From: a virus
Taxonomy: Duplodnaviria > Heunggongvirae > Uroviricota > Caudoviricetes
Length of the DNA stretch: 35,862 nt
Reading direction: 5' to 3' (one strand)
Virus record (IMG/VR): IMGVR_UViG_3300023213_000338
The notes beneath the pieces were generated by a model. The model did no database searches. It had not been told where the DNA came from and saw only the letters and a list, made by a program, of their open reading frames with translations. Positions within the stretch are counted from its first letter, which is position 1. Each line of letters starts with the position of its first letter. The position numbers were made by a program, and so were the translations under genes. Below are positions 24,347 to 32,912 of this stretch, piece by piece.

Positions 24347-26083
24347 ATGCCAACTTCTCTCCATTCTCAAATATCTCCTATCCTTTTAGTTTTTGAACAA
24401 GAAAAACCAAAATCTGTTTTGGATATTGGATGTGGTAAGGGTAAGTATGGGGTTTTAATTAAAGAATATATTCCTTCTGTAAAAAGATTAGATGCTCTGG
24501 AAATTTTTGAACCATATATTACTAATTTACACCGAAGCGTTTATGATCATATCTATATTGATGATATTTTAACCGCAGACATAGAGCCTTATGATATTTA
24601 TCTATTAATTGATGTAATCGAACATATGACTATTGAAGAAGGAATTGAATTACTAACAAGGCTTCCAGGTAAAAAGATTGTTGGTACTCCAAGAGAATTT
24701 AAAGAACAAGGAGCAGAATGTGGCAATGAATATGAAAGACATAAATGCGTATGGACAGAGCAGATGTTTGCAAAATTTTTTCCAGGAGTGGCAGTGGCAG
24801 AAGTTGGATCATCTTGGCTTGTAGCTATTCCAAATTATGTAGAGCCAAAAAAAGAAAAAGAAAAGGAAAAGACAATTCATAATTGTAGATCTTGTGGGTC
24901 GGAGGATTTAGTAAATATTTTATCTTTAGGCAATCAATATCTTTCTGAATTTTCTGTAACTTCTCAAAAACCATTCCAATATCCTCTTACCCTTATTTTG
25001 TGTAAAAAATGTTCATTAGTACAACTTAGAGATACAATTCCTCAACGAGTTCTTTATACTGAAAATTATGGGTACAAGTCTGGTGTCAATAACACTATTC
25101 GAGAAGATTTAAAAGAAATTGTTAAAAAGGCGATGAAAGAAGTCAAATTAGATGAAGGAGATTTTGTATTGGATATTGGAGCTAATGATGGAACTCTTCT
25201 ATCAAATTATCCTTTTGAAATAGAAAGAATTGGGTGTGAACCGATCAAAAAATTTGCTTTAGAATGTAAAAAGAAAGCAGATTTTGTTATCCATGATTTC
25301 TTTAATTATGATTCTTTTACTTTGGGTACTCCTAATGACACTAAATGTAAAATTATAACTACAATTTCGTGTTTTTATGACTTAGACGATCCAAATGCTT
25401 TTATAGAAGATGTTAAAAAAATACTTTTGCCCAACGGAATATTTATCGTGCAACAGAATTATCTTGGCACAATGATTTCTCAGAATGCGTTTGATAACAT
25501 AGTTCATGAGCATATCGAATTTTATTCTTTATTAGCTTTAGAGAATCTTTTAAAATCTCATAATCTTGAAGTCTATAAAGTTGAACAGAATAATATTAAT
25601 GGAGGCAGTTTTAGAACATATATTCAACATAAAGGTAAAAGACCTATCGATAAATCCGTAAATAAAATGAGAATGGAAGAACAAAAGATGAAGCTTGATG
25701 ATATCAATACTTATGATGCTTTTGCTAAAAGAGTTAGAAAATTAGTTGACGAGCTACACACTTTTGTAAAAGATAGAGTATTGGAAGGTAAAAAGATTTA
25801 TTTATATGGAGCTTCGACAAGGGGGAACACGCTTCTTCAATATGCGAACCTTAATAATCGATTAGTGGTAGCAGCAGTTGAAAGAAATCCAGAGAAGTGG
25901 GGGAAGAAAATTGCTTCAATGCAAATACCTATAATTTCAGAAGAACAAGCACGTAAAGATAAACCAGATTTTATGATTGTTTTACCTTATTTTTTTAAGA
26001 AAGAATTTTTGGAAAGAGAAAAAGAATATCTTAAGAACGGAGGTCATTTCATTTTTCCATTGCCTAAATTGGAAATTGTATGA
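24347..26083 (+). CDS. Fusion: class I SAM methyltransferase + NDP-hexose 3-C-methyltransferase
   Basis: Likely start ATG 24347 (MPTS). First domain VLDIGCGKG...DVIEH. Second domain CRSC...C..C.LVQL, YGYKSG, VLDIGANDG.LL, HEH..FYS, GGS.R and KIYLYGASTRGNTLL. Confidence 0.85.
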   Translation: MPTSLHSQISPILLVFEQEKPKSVLDIGCGKGKYGVLIKEYIPSVKRLDALEIFEPYITNLHRSVYDHIYIDDILTADIEPYDIYLLIDVIEHMTIEEGIELLTRLPGKKIVGTPREFKEQGAECGNEYERHKCVWTEQMFAKFFPGVAVAEVGSSWLVAIPNYVEPKKEKEKEKTIHNCRSCGSEDLVNILSLGNQYLSEFSVTSQKPFQYPLTLILCKKCSLVQLRDTIPQRVLYTENYGYKSGVNNTIREDLKEIVKKAMKEVKLDEGDFVLDIGANDGTLLSNYPFEIERIGCEPIKKFALECKKKADFVIHDFFNYDSFTLGTPNDTKCKIITTISCFYDLDDPNAFIEDVKKILLPNGIFIVQQNYLGTMISQNAFDNIVHEHIEFYSLLALENLLKSHNLEVYKVEQNNINGGSFRTYIQHKGKRPIDKSVNKMRMEEQKMKLDDINTYDAFAKRVRKLVDELHTFVKDRVLEGKKIYLYGASTRGNTLLQYANLNNRLVVAAVERNPEKWGKKIASMQIPIISEEQARKDKPDFMIVLPYFFKKEFLEREKEYLKNGGHFIFPLPKLEIV

Positions 26084-26814
26084 AAGTGAGCATAATTACT
26101 CCCACAATCCGTCTCAAAGGATTGAATATTCTTAAAGAATGTTTGAGTAAACAAACATTTAAGGATGCGGAATGGTTAATCGGATCTCCATTCGATCCTA
26201 AGATAAAAAGGGCGATATGGGTGAAAGATGATTTCAAGGAAGGACTGTGGCATCTCAACCGTATTTACAATAAATTGATCCAGACGGCAAAAGGAGAACT
26301 TATTATAAGTTTGCAGGATTTTGTTTGGATATCTCCAACAGGGCTTGAACAATTCTGGAATGATTATCAAAAAACAAAAGGAGTAATTAGTGGGGTTGGA
26401 GATCAATACGAGCGTCTTAATAAATGGGGTAAACCTGAAATTAAGATTTGGGCAGATCCTAGAAAGCGTAGCGATGAAGGGAGTTTCTACGAGTGCGAAT
26501 GGGTAGATGGAGAATGGAATTGGTGTGCAGTTTCTCATGAAGCATTAGTTAAAATTGGCGGATTCGATGAGGAAATGGATTTTAGGTGTAGGGGAGTAGA
26601 TGCTTTTGAAACAAATGAACGGCTACAAGAAATTGGCTATAAATTCTATTTGGATCAGCATAATGAATCGTTTACTCTTCGTCATGGGAGAGAAAATTAT
26701 GGAGGAGAAGAAGCGTGGCAAAAATCGCACGGGCTTTTTAATGGAGAATATCAGAAGAGAAAAAAAGAATTAAAATCTCAAAGTAAGTGGCCTTATCTTG
26801 ACTACTTGCGATAA
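26080..26814 (+). CDS. GT2-family glycosyltransferase
   Basis: VSIITPT, N..I..AKGELIISLQD and IGGFDEEMD. Confidence 0.8.
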   Translation: MKVSIITPTIRLKGLNILKECLSKQTFKDAEWLIGSPFDPKIKRAIWVKDDFKEGLWHLNRIYNKLIQTAKGELIISLQDFVWISPTGLEQFWNDYQKTKGVISGVGDQYERLNKWGKPEIKIWADPRKRSDEGSFYECEWVDGEWNWCAVSHEALVKIGGFDEEMDFRCRGVDAFETNERLQEIGYKFYLDQHNESFTLRHGRENYGGEEAWQKSHGLFNGEYQKRKKELKSQSKWPYLDYLR

Positions 26815-26825
26815 ATTTGTATAAT
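26798..26825 (+). promoter_or_regulatory. sigma70-type promoter
   Basis: TTGACT (26798-26803), 16 nt, TATAAT (26820-26825). Confidence 0.6.
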
Positions 26826-26852
26826 GAAGAGGGCTTTTAACGAAGCACTCGT

Positions 26853-26894
26853 AAGAGACCGACATTACTGCTTTATTAATGTTGGTCTTTTTTT
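26853..26894 (+). terminator. 15-bp leader hairpin plus U-tract abutting an ATG
   Basis: AAGAGACCGACATTA / TAATGTTGGTCTTTT (with G-U pairs), then TTT and ATG 26895. Confidence 0.65.
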
Positions 26895-27368
26895 ATGGCA
26901 GAAGAAATTGTTAAACCATTAACAGGAAATCCTCCACCGCCTCCGCCTGCGAAGAATACTTCTAGTGAAACACCAGTAGATGTAAAAACAGAAGCTGTAA
27001 AAGAAGAAAAGCCTAAAATAGAACCCGATGATAAAGACGATATTGATGCTAAGCTTCTTATTCCAATGGAACCTTATACAACCTCTCCTCTTTTTTACGA
27101 GATTGCCAATTATTTTGGGATAGAACAAGGCGATTATGACAATGCTAAAAACGAACTATCTGTAATTGTAGATTGGGCTATACAAAAGGCTAGTTCAAAT
27201 AAGCTAGAAGATGTTTTGGTTACGATTCGACAGTTGGAAGATAATATCATGATGCCAGGGTGGGGAGAAAAAAGACACAGCAATATGTATAGATATTTAC
27301 GCCTACAAGCTAAGGCTGATGCTTTTAATAAAGCTTTATCTGCCTATAAAAGAGGAGAAATAACATAA
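26895..27368 (+). CDS. Hypothetical protein with Pro/acidic N-terminus
   Basis: 157-aa ORF, stop overlapping the next start. Confidence 0.7.
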   Translation: MAEEIVKPLTGNPPPPPPAKNTSSETPVDVKTEAVKEEKPKIEPDDKDDIDAKLLIPMEPYTTSPLFYEIANYFGIEQGDYDNAKNELSVIVDWAIQKASSNKLEDVLVTIRQLEDNIMMPGWGEKRHSNMYRYLRLQAKADAFNKALSAYKRGEIT

Positions 27369-27703
27369 TGGGAATGGCTACTCAAAGAATACCTACAAAA
27401 ATACAACGTCAAAAGATTGATGATTATTTTGATGGAATAACAGTTTCTTATGAACAAACCATTACAAGTGGACAACAAGTGCTTAATTTTGCAGTTGATT
27501 CAGGTCGTGCTCAAGCCCATGGGGGTTATTTTATTAACGATGGCCCAGGCGACTTACAATTTGAAATCTCTTCAAGTGGAGATGTATATGGAGGCATTCA
27601 TACCATGAAACCAGCAGAGCAATTAGATTTAGGAAGATTTTCAATCGCAAAGATGAGAATTACTTGGGTTGAGAATACCAGCTATAGAGCATTAATGATT
27701 TAA
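27368..27703 (+). CDS. Small beta-rich protein, possibly virion decoration
   Basis: FINDGPGDLQFEIS...LDL.RF.I.KMRI pattern of small beta-sandwich phage proteins. Confidence 0.45.
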   Translation: MGMATQRIPTKIQRQKIDDYFDGITVSYEQTITSGQQVLNFAVDSGRAQAHGGYFINDGPGDLQFEISSSGDVYGGIHTMKPAEQLDLGRFSIAKMRITWVENTSYRALMI

Positions 27704-27707
27704 GTAT

Positions 27708-27944
27708 ATGGCATCAATGAAAACTCCAATTGCAAAAGCTCAGGATTTAACAGTCATTATAGATGATACGGATGCAAATAATGTTTATATTGGTAAAGCT
27801 ACAATCGGGTCGACTCAAAGTGCGTCTGTGTGGTCTATTAGGAAGATTATTACGAACGGAGGGATTATTACAATTGCGTGGGCTCAAGGAACAAATGCTG
27901 CAAATAATGTATGGAATAGTCGTACTGGATATGCATATTCGTAG
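27708..27944 (+). CDS. Small Thr/Ser/Gly/Asn-rich virion-like protein
   Basis: YIGKA..G...SASVWSIRKI...ITIAWA.G...NNVW.SR..Y.YS. Confidence 0.55.
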   Translation: MASMKTPIAKAQDLTVIIDDTDANNVYIGKATIGSTQSASVWSIRKIITNGGIITIAWAQGTNAANNVWNSRTGYAYS

Positions 27945-27946
27945 TA

Positions 27947-27977
27947 TTGACTTCATTAATTAAACCTGATATACAAT
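27947..27977 (+). promoter_or_regulatory. Possible sigma70-type promoter
   Basis: TTGACT (27947-27952) and TACAAT (27972-27977). The 19-nt spacer is atypical. Confidence 0.4.
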
Positions 27978-28011
27978 AAGCAAGTTTTAATAGAGGCACA
28001 ACCTCGTTATG

Positions 28012-28041
28012 ACCCATTATAAAAATATAATGGGTTTTTTT
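28012..28041 (+). terminator. Hairpin plus U-tract
   Basis: ACCCATTATA-AAAA-TATAATGGGT then TTTTTT. Confidence 0.65.
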
Positions 28042-28052
28042 ATTGATAAATT

Positions 28053-28208
28053 ATGCAAAAGGGTCAGAAAATGTCTTTAGAACAACGCTTAAAAATAAGT
28101 AAGGTTAATACGAACAAGAAACCTATTCCAAATGCTAACTTGGCATGGGGACATAATTTTAAGCAGAAAGGTGGTGATTACTATAGCACTTGGTGGAAGA
28201 CGTTATAA
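28053..28208 (+). pseudogene. 51-aa ORF with NUMOD3-like motif; probable homing-endonuclease remnant
   Basis: MQKGQKMSLEQRLKISKVNTNKKP matches the KG.kmS.E.r.KIS pattern. No nuclease domain. Confidence 0.5.
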
Positions 28209-28653
28209 TACTAATGCATCGCTTACTGCTCCAAACAGCAGTACAGCACCCATAATGTTTTTAGTCGGAGGGACAGCAGTTCGCCCAGCGATTTATGATA
28301 TTGTTACAGGAAATGGAGTTGCTTCTCCAGCAGATAATTCAGTTAAATTACAAATAGTTAGAACAACTGGAGTTAGTTCTGGAGGCACAGCTATTACACC
28401 CAATCCTCTTGATTCACAAGATCCAGCATCAACGACAACAGCCGCAGGAGGAAGTTTCCAATCTGGAAATCCTACTATTGGAGTTACGTTGTTACAGTGG
28501 GCACAAAACATGCGTGCAACATTTAGATGGGTTGCAGCACCTAATTCAGAGCTATTAGTTCCAGCAACAGCATCCAATGGAATTGGAATGTTAAACCCCG
28601 CTATAGGAGGGTCTGCATTCGCAGTTGATTGGACTGTGTTATTCTACGAATAG
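28183..28653 (+). CDS. Thr/Ser/Ala/Gly-rich virion-like protein with apparent ATA start
   Basis: SD aaaggtggtgat (same as before 17199) is followed 4 nt later by ATA GCA CTT GGT. Beta-rich composition, ending DWTVLFYE. Confidence 0.55.
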   Translation: MALGGRRYNTNASLTAPNSSTAPIMFLVGGTAVRPAIYDIVTGNGVASPADNSVKLQIVRTTGVSSGGTAITPNPLDSQDPASTTTAAGGSFQSGNPTIGVTLLQWAQNMRATFRWVAAPNSELLVPATASNGIGMLNPAIGGSAFAVDWTVLFYE

Positions 28654-28675
28654 ATTGTCAAGACAAGCTAATCGA

Positions 28676-28710
28676 TTTGCTTCTGTCTCAAATTTTGAGG
28701 CAGATGTAAA
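28676..28710 (+). terminator. Intergenic hairpin
   Basis: TCTGTCTCAA-ATT-TTGAGGCAGA, flanked by TTTGC/GTAAA. Confidence 0.5.
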
Positions 28711-28753
28711 TCTTGCATTAGTACAAACAAAATGATATATATGAGTTATATAT

Positions 28754-29377
28754 ATGCAAAAATATCCCAAGGTAATGGTCGGACATGCAGTCAATAGGCC
28801 AGAGTTCACAAGAAGTTGTTACCAAGGGATGCTCCAAACCCTCATGTCTTATCCAGGACAATTATCCGTAAGAGTTGCAGAAGGATTATTGCCTGCTTGG
28901 GCAAGAAATTCCTTAGCCAATGACTTTCTTAAGAGCGACGCTGATTATCTTTTCTTTGTTGATAATGATACGGGAGTACCGATAGAGGGATTGAAAAGAT
29001 TGATTGACCGCAAGAAAGATATTATCTCTGGTTTATACTTTCAACGTTTTCCCCCTTATAATCCCACAATGAAAAAAGTTCAAATGAATGAGTTTAAGAA
29101 TCCGCAGTATTTACCTATTACAGATTATCCTGAAGGAGTAATTGAAGCGGATATTGTTGGAGCTGGTTGCCTTCTTATTTCAAGAAGAGTATTTGACTCT
29201 ATGCCTGAACCATATTTTTTTTCTCCTGAGCATGATTATTCAGAGGATACTTATTTCTGTTTTGAAGCAAAAAAAGCTGGGTTTACAATCTATGTAGATA
29301 CGACAGTTAAATGCAAACATGATACGATGACAACGATTGATGAAACCGCTTTTGTTCTTAACAAACTAAAAAAATGA
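28754..29377 (+). CDS. GT-A fold glycosyltransferase (paralog A)
   Basis: ARN.L...FL.SD.DYLFFVDND (DxD), G.G.LLI.R.VF, PYF and SED.YFC. Confidence 0.85.
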   Translation: MQKYPKVMVGHAVNRPEFTRSCYQGMLQTLMSYPGQLSVRVAEGLLPAWARNSLANDFLKSDADYLFFVDNDTGVPIEGLKRLIDRKKDIISGLYFQRFPPYNPTMKKVQMNEFKNPQYLPITDYPEGVIEADIVGAGCLLISRRVFDSMPEPYFFSPEHDYSEDTYFCFEAKKAGFTIYVDTTVKCKHDTMTTIDETAFVLNKLKK

Positions 29378-30003
29378 AACAGCTTCCTAAGATAATGGTT
29401 GGCCATTGTTATTATCGAACTAACCCCACGATTAATTTCTATCTTGGAATGGTCAATACCATCACCTCTTATTTTGGGCATTTAGATATTCGTTGGGGAG
29501 CTGGTTATTCTGTTGTTAAGGCACGCAATAACCTTATTAAAGAATTTCTTCAAAGTGATTGTCAATATCTTTTCTTTGTTGATATCGATATGGGGCTTCC
29601 AATAAATGGACTTAAGCAACTTATCGAAGACGATAAAGATGTTATTGGAGGCTTATACTTTGAGAGGATTCCTCCTCACAACCCAATAATGATGGAAAAA
29701 GGAACATTTACCAAAAAAGAACATAGATATATTTTCCAAAGAAATTATACGGAAGGAGTAGTTGAGGTAGATGCTACAGGTGCAGGAGCTTTGCTAATTA
29801 AAAAAGAAGTTCTTAAAAAAATTCCTTATCCATGGTTTGCAGAGCCACCAGAGTATAGTATCTCCGAAGATTTTTATTTCTGTGAACAATTAAAAAAGGC
29901 AGGGTATAAAATATATGTTGATACGAGAGTTAAGATTACTCATTTTGCAGAAACTATTGTAAGCGAAACAACCAAGCGGTTTTATGATAAAGGATTCGTA
30001 TGA
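29374..30003 (+). CDS. GT-A fold glycosyltransferase (paralog B)
   Basis: Same motifs: ARNNLI, YLFFVDID, GAGALLIK and SEDFYFC. N-terminus MKQLPKIMVGH versus MQKYPKVMVGH. Confidence 0.85.
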   Translation: MKQLPKIMVGHCYYRTNPTINFYLGMVNTITSYFGHLDIRWGAGYSVVKARNNLIKEFLQSDCQYLFFVDIDMGLPINGLKQLIEDDKDVIGGLYFERIPPHNPIMMEKGTFTKKEHRYIFQRNYTEGVVEVDATGAGALLIKKEVLKKIPYPWFAEPPEYSISEDFYFCEQLKKAGYKIYVDTRVKITHFAETIVSETTKRFYDKGFV

Positions 30004-30335
30004 GTAAAGATTTCACTTTCATAAAAGATTTCTTAAAGGACAATGGAACTTTTGAATTTTATACGGAGGAAGGTACGAAAAGCTTCAAGTCTATTCAATG
30101 CTTGCATTGTGGTTCTCACTATCAAGTTATTCCAGGGTCAGGTAAACAACGAGGTTATTGTTTAAAATGTAAAGGGTTTTTATGTGGCAAAGAAGATTGT
30201 TTAAAAGACTGTGTTCCTTATGAGGCTCGAATCGAAATTGAAGAGGGAAATAAAAAGACAACTCAACGATATTTAAATACTCAATGGGTACAGAAATATT
30301 TAGCATTACAAAAACAAAATAAGGAGGTGAGATGA
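30000..30335 (+). CDS. Cys-rich Zn-binding protein
   Basis: CLHC, CLKC, LCG...C...CVP. Confidence 0.65.
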   Translation: MSKDFTFIKDFLKDNGTFEFYTEEGTKSFKSIQCLHCGSHYQVIPGSGKQRGYCLKCKGFLCGKEDCLKDCVPYEARIEIEEGNKKTTQRYLNTQWVQKYLALQKQNKEVR

Positions 30336-30554
30336 ATGGAATTAGATAAATATTTAACATATAAAAATGAAGGGTCGGTTAAACTTACTAAGAATGAAGA
30401 CGGAACATATGATGTCACTTATTTAAAGGATGGTACAGCCAAGGCTAAAATTGATGTCGTTAAATTAGAAGATTTGCGTACACAAAAGGCAGGATTGGTA
30501 TCTCTTTTAGATAATGTTAATACCTTGATTAAGGATTTGGAGGAATTAGGTTAA
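30336..30554 (+). CDS. Small hypothetical protein with coiled-coil C-terminus
   Basis: SD aaggaggtg. 72 aa. Confidence 0.7.
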   Translation: MELDKYLTYKNEGSVKLTKNEDGTYDVTYLKDGTAKAKIDVVKLEDLRTQKAGLVSLLDNVNTLIKDLEELG

Positions 30555-31192
30555 TGAAATTTTTTGAGATTAGAAGATCGTCTATTTTTTATTTGTTGAG
30601 AATGAGTTGCCCAACGACAATTTTCAGGAGAATAATTGCCATTGTTATTTATTCTATCAATAGAATATTTACCTTTTGGTCTTTTTCCCATGTCAAAATA
30701 AAAATTATCAAAAGACCTACTCCATCTTTCGCATATCTTAATTCCTCTACCTCCATAATAAGAATATTTTTTATTGTTTTTATTATTACATCTTTGACGC
30801 ATATCTATCCATACTTTATATTCGGGTGTATGGCGATTGGGTTTTCTACGTTTTTCATTAGCCTTTTTATGTCCACACCCACAAGATCTAGTCTTTCCAT
30901 ATATGAGACTACTTTGATATATTTGCAAAATTTTTCCACAATCGCAAATACATTTCCAATAGGATCTAGCAGCTTGCGTTTTCTTGTCTCCTCTTTTTAT
31001 AACAGTCAAGATTCCAAATCTTTTGCCTACAAGATTTTTTTGTCGAGCTTTATATCCAAGAACACTCGCGCATTTGTGGGAACAACAAATCGCTTTGTCA
31101 TAGCGCAGTCTCCAGCTAGGAAGTTTAAATTCCTTATTGCATACTACACATATTCGAGAAACATCTTTGGTATGATCAATTTTGCGGGGCAT
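30551..31192 (-). mobile_element. Free-standing HNH homing endonuclease, antisense to the operon
   Basis: Zn finger CVVC...CSHKC; L.GKRFG.LTV...WKC.CDCG...SCGC; W..M.QRC...[12 protein letters not shown]...F..DMG.RP...[25 protein letters not shown]. Confidence 0.9.
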
Positions 31193-31199
31193 AAAAATA

Positions 31200-31228
31200 A
31201 TTATATGTTAAAAAGTATAGGAGATCAA
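31200..31228 (-). promoter_or_regulatory. sigma70-type promoter for the antisense HNH (leaderless)
   Basis: On the minus strand: TTGATC, 17 nt, TATAAT, 7 nt, ATG. Confidence 0.75.
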
Positions 31229-31233
31229 GAGAA

Positions 31234-32352
31234 ATGAGATTTATACTATTTAATCCGATTGCCTTTGAAAAATGGGATTTTCGTAATTCTTTAGAGAAAG
31301 GAATTGGAGGTTCTGAGACTTCTGCTGTTATGATGTCTATTGGACTTGCAAAAAAAGGACATGAAGTTGTGAACTATATTCCTGTTAGAAAAGATACTCC
31401 TCGAGAATTTGAAAAGGTTAAATGGTTGCCTTTAAAAGAAGTCGATTGGAAGCAAAAAGGAGTTTGGATTTTATATCGTTGTCCTCAAGAAATAGATAAA
31501 TTTCCGCCTATTGAAAAAAGAAAAGATCAAAAAGTTTACTTATTATGTCAAGATTGGGATTATGCATTTACAGAAAAACAAATCCATAATTTTGATAAAA
31601 TTGTTGTTTTATGCAAATCTCATGCAAAATATCTTATTGGTAGACATCCTACTGTTAAAGATAAAATTTGGATTAGTAGTAATGGAGTGAGGCTTGATCT
31701 TGTTGAAGAAATTGAAAAAGAGAACATCAAGCGTAATCCTTTTAGGATTATGCATGCCTCAAGTCCTGATAGAGGACTTAAACAAGCACTTATTTCTTTT
31801 AAGAAAGCTAAGGAATATGTTCCAGAGCTTGAATTTCATGTATTTTATGGATTCAATAACCTTAAAAAGCTTGCAAAAAACAGTAAACATTTTCAAAAGA
31901 TCATCGAAGACTTGGAGCGTCTTTTGGATCAGCCAGGGGTAACATTCCACGGTAGAGTTTCTCAACCAGATTTATATAGAGAATGGTTTAAGTCGGGAAT
32001 GTATATTTATGAGACTAATTTTTTTGAAACAAGTAATATTTCGAGCCAAGAAGCTCAGAGTATGGGAGCTGTACCTGTTTTTTCTCCAATTTATGCACAA
32101 GGAGAGAATATTAAATATGGAATTGCAATAGAAGGTGATTCGTATGAATCTCTAACTCAGGCAAGATTTGCAGCAGAACTTGTTAGGCTTGCTACAAGAC
32201 CACAGCTTCAAGAGCAAATTCGTCCAGAAATGATGGCTTGGGCTAGGAAAAGATTTACATGGGAACGAATGGTGTCTCAGTGGATATATGAAGCAGAGGG
32301 GAAAAGAAAACAATTTGAAAAAGAATTTGATTTTCCAGAACAATTAAAATGA
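31234..32352 (+). CDS. GT4 (GT-B) glycosyltransferase, paralog of the C-terminal domain of 17571-20075
   Basis: GIGGSET, HASSPDRGL, FHGRV, FETSNISSQEAQSMGAVPV. Confidence 0.85.
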   Translation: MRFILFNPIAFEKWDFRNSLEKGIGGSETSAVMMSIGLAKKGHEVVNYIPVRKDTPREFEKVKWLPLKEVDWKQKGVWILYRCPQEIDKFPPIEKRKDQKVYLLCQDWDYAFTEKQIHNFDKIVVLCKSHAKYLIGRHPTVKDKIWISSNGVRLDLVEEIEKENIKRNPFRIMHASSPDRGLKQALISFKKAKEYVPELEFHVFYGFNNLKKLAKNSKHFQKIIEDLERLLDQPGVTFHGRVSQPDLYREWFKSGMYIYETNFFETSNISSQEAQSMGAVPVFSPIYAQGENIKYGIAIEGDSYESLTQARFAAELVRLATRPQLQEQIRPEMMAWARKRFTWERMVSQWIYEAEGKRKQFEKEFDFPEQLK

Positions 32353-32912
32353 CTATAGACGAAGCAGTTAAAGAACAAATTAATAAATTAGCTAAGGGTA
32401 AAACTATCCTAGATCTAGGAGGATATAACGGAGCTTCTTGTAACGATGCGATGCAAGCAGGAGCTACGAAAGCCATATGTGTTGATGATGGATCTTGGAG
32501 AACATATGATCGTTGGGCTGAATTTGTTCCTTTTAAGGATGTAGCCTATGTTAAGGATAATTTTATGAATTATAAGGAGTCAGCAGATATTGTGATTCTT
32601 AAGAACGTTATTTATCACCAACGTAATCCTTGGAGAACATTGGAACACGTGCGAACCCTTACTAAAGAAACACTTCTCCTAACAACTTCTTACGTTGAAG
32701 GAGAAGAATCGATGTGGAGGGTTTATAGACCCTATGAAGGCCATCCTATGTCTTTTACCGTTGCTTGGAGGCCGACTCTCAATGGGCTTATTACGCTTTT
32801 AGAAGCTACAGGATTTAAGAACATTGAGATATTGGTAGAGAATGATTATTTACATGTTGCATTAAAAGCTGAAATTGGAGATTTACCAAAAGGATTTGGA
32901 GAAAGGAACTAA
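32349..32912 (+). CDS. Class I SAM-dependent methyltransferase
   Basis: GKTILDLGGYNG and DIVILKNVIYH..NP. Confidence 0.8.
   Translation: MTIDEAVKEQINKLAKGKTILDLGGYNGASCNDAMQAGATKAICVDDGSWRTYDRWAEFVPFKDVAYVKDNFMNYKESADIVILKNVIYHQRNPWRTLEHVRTLTKETLLLTTSYVEGEESMWRVYRPYEGHPMSFTVAWRPTLNGLITLLEATGFKNIEILVENDYLHVALKAEIGDLPKGFGERN

Noticed and set aside
30554-31237. 227-aa + strand ORF
   Set aside because: Shadow of the minus-strand HNH. It is an F/I/S-rich antisense-type translation with no motifs, whereas the minus frame has a clear family signature and promoter.
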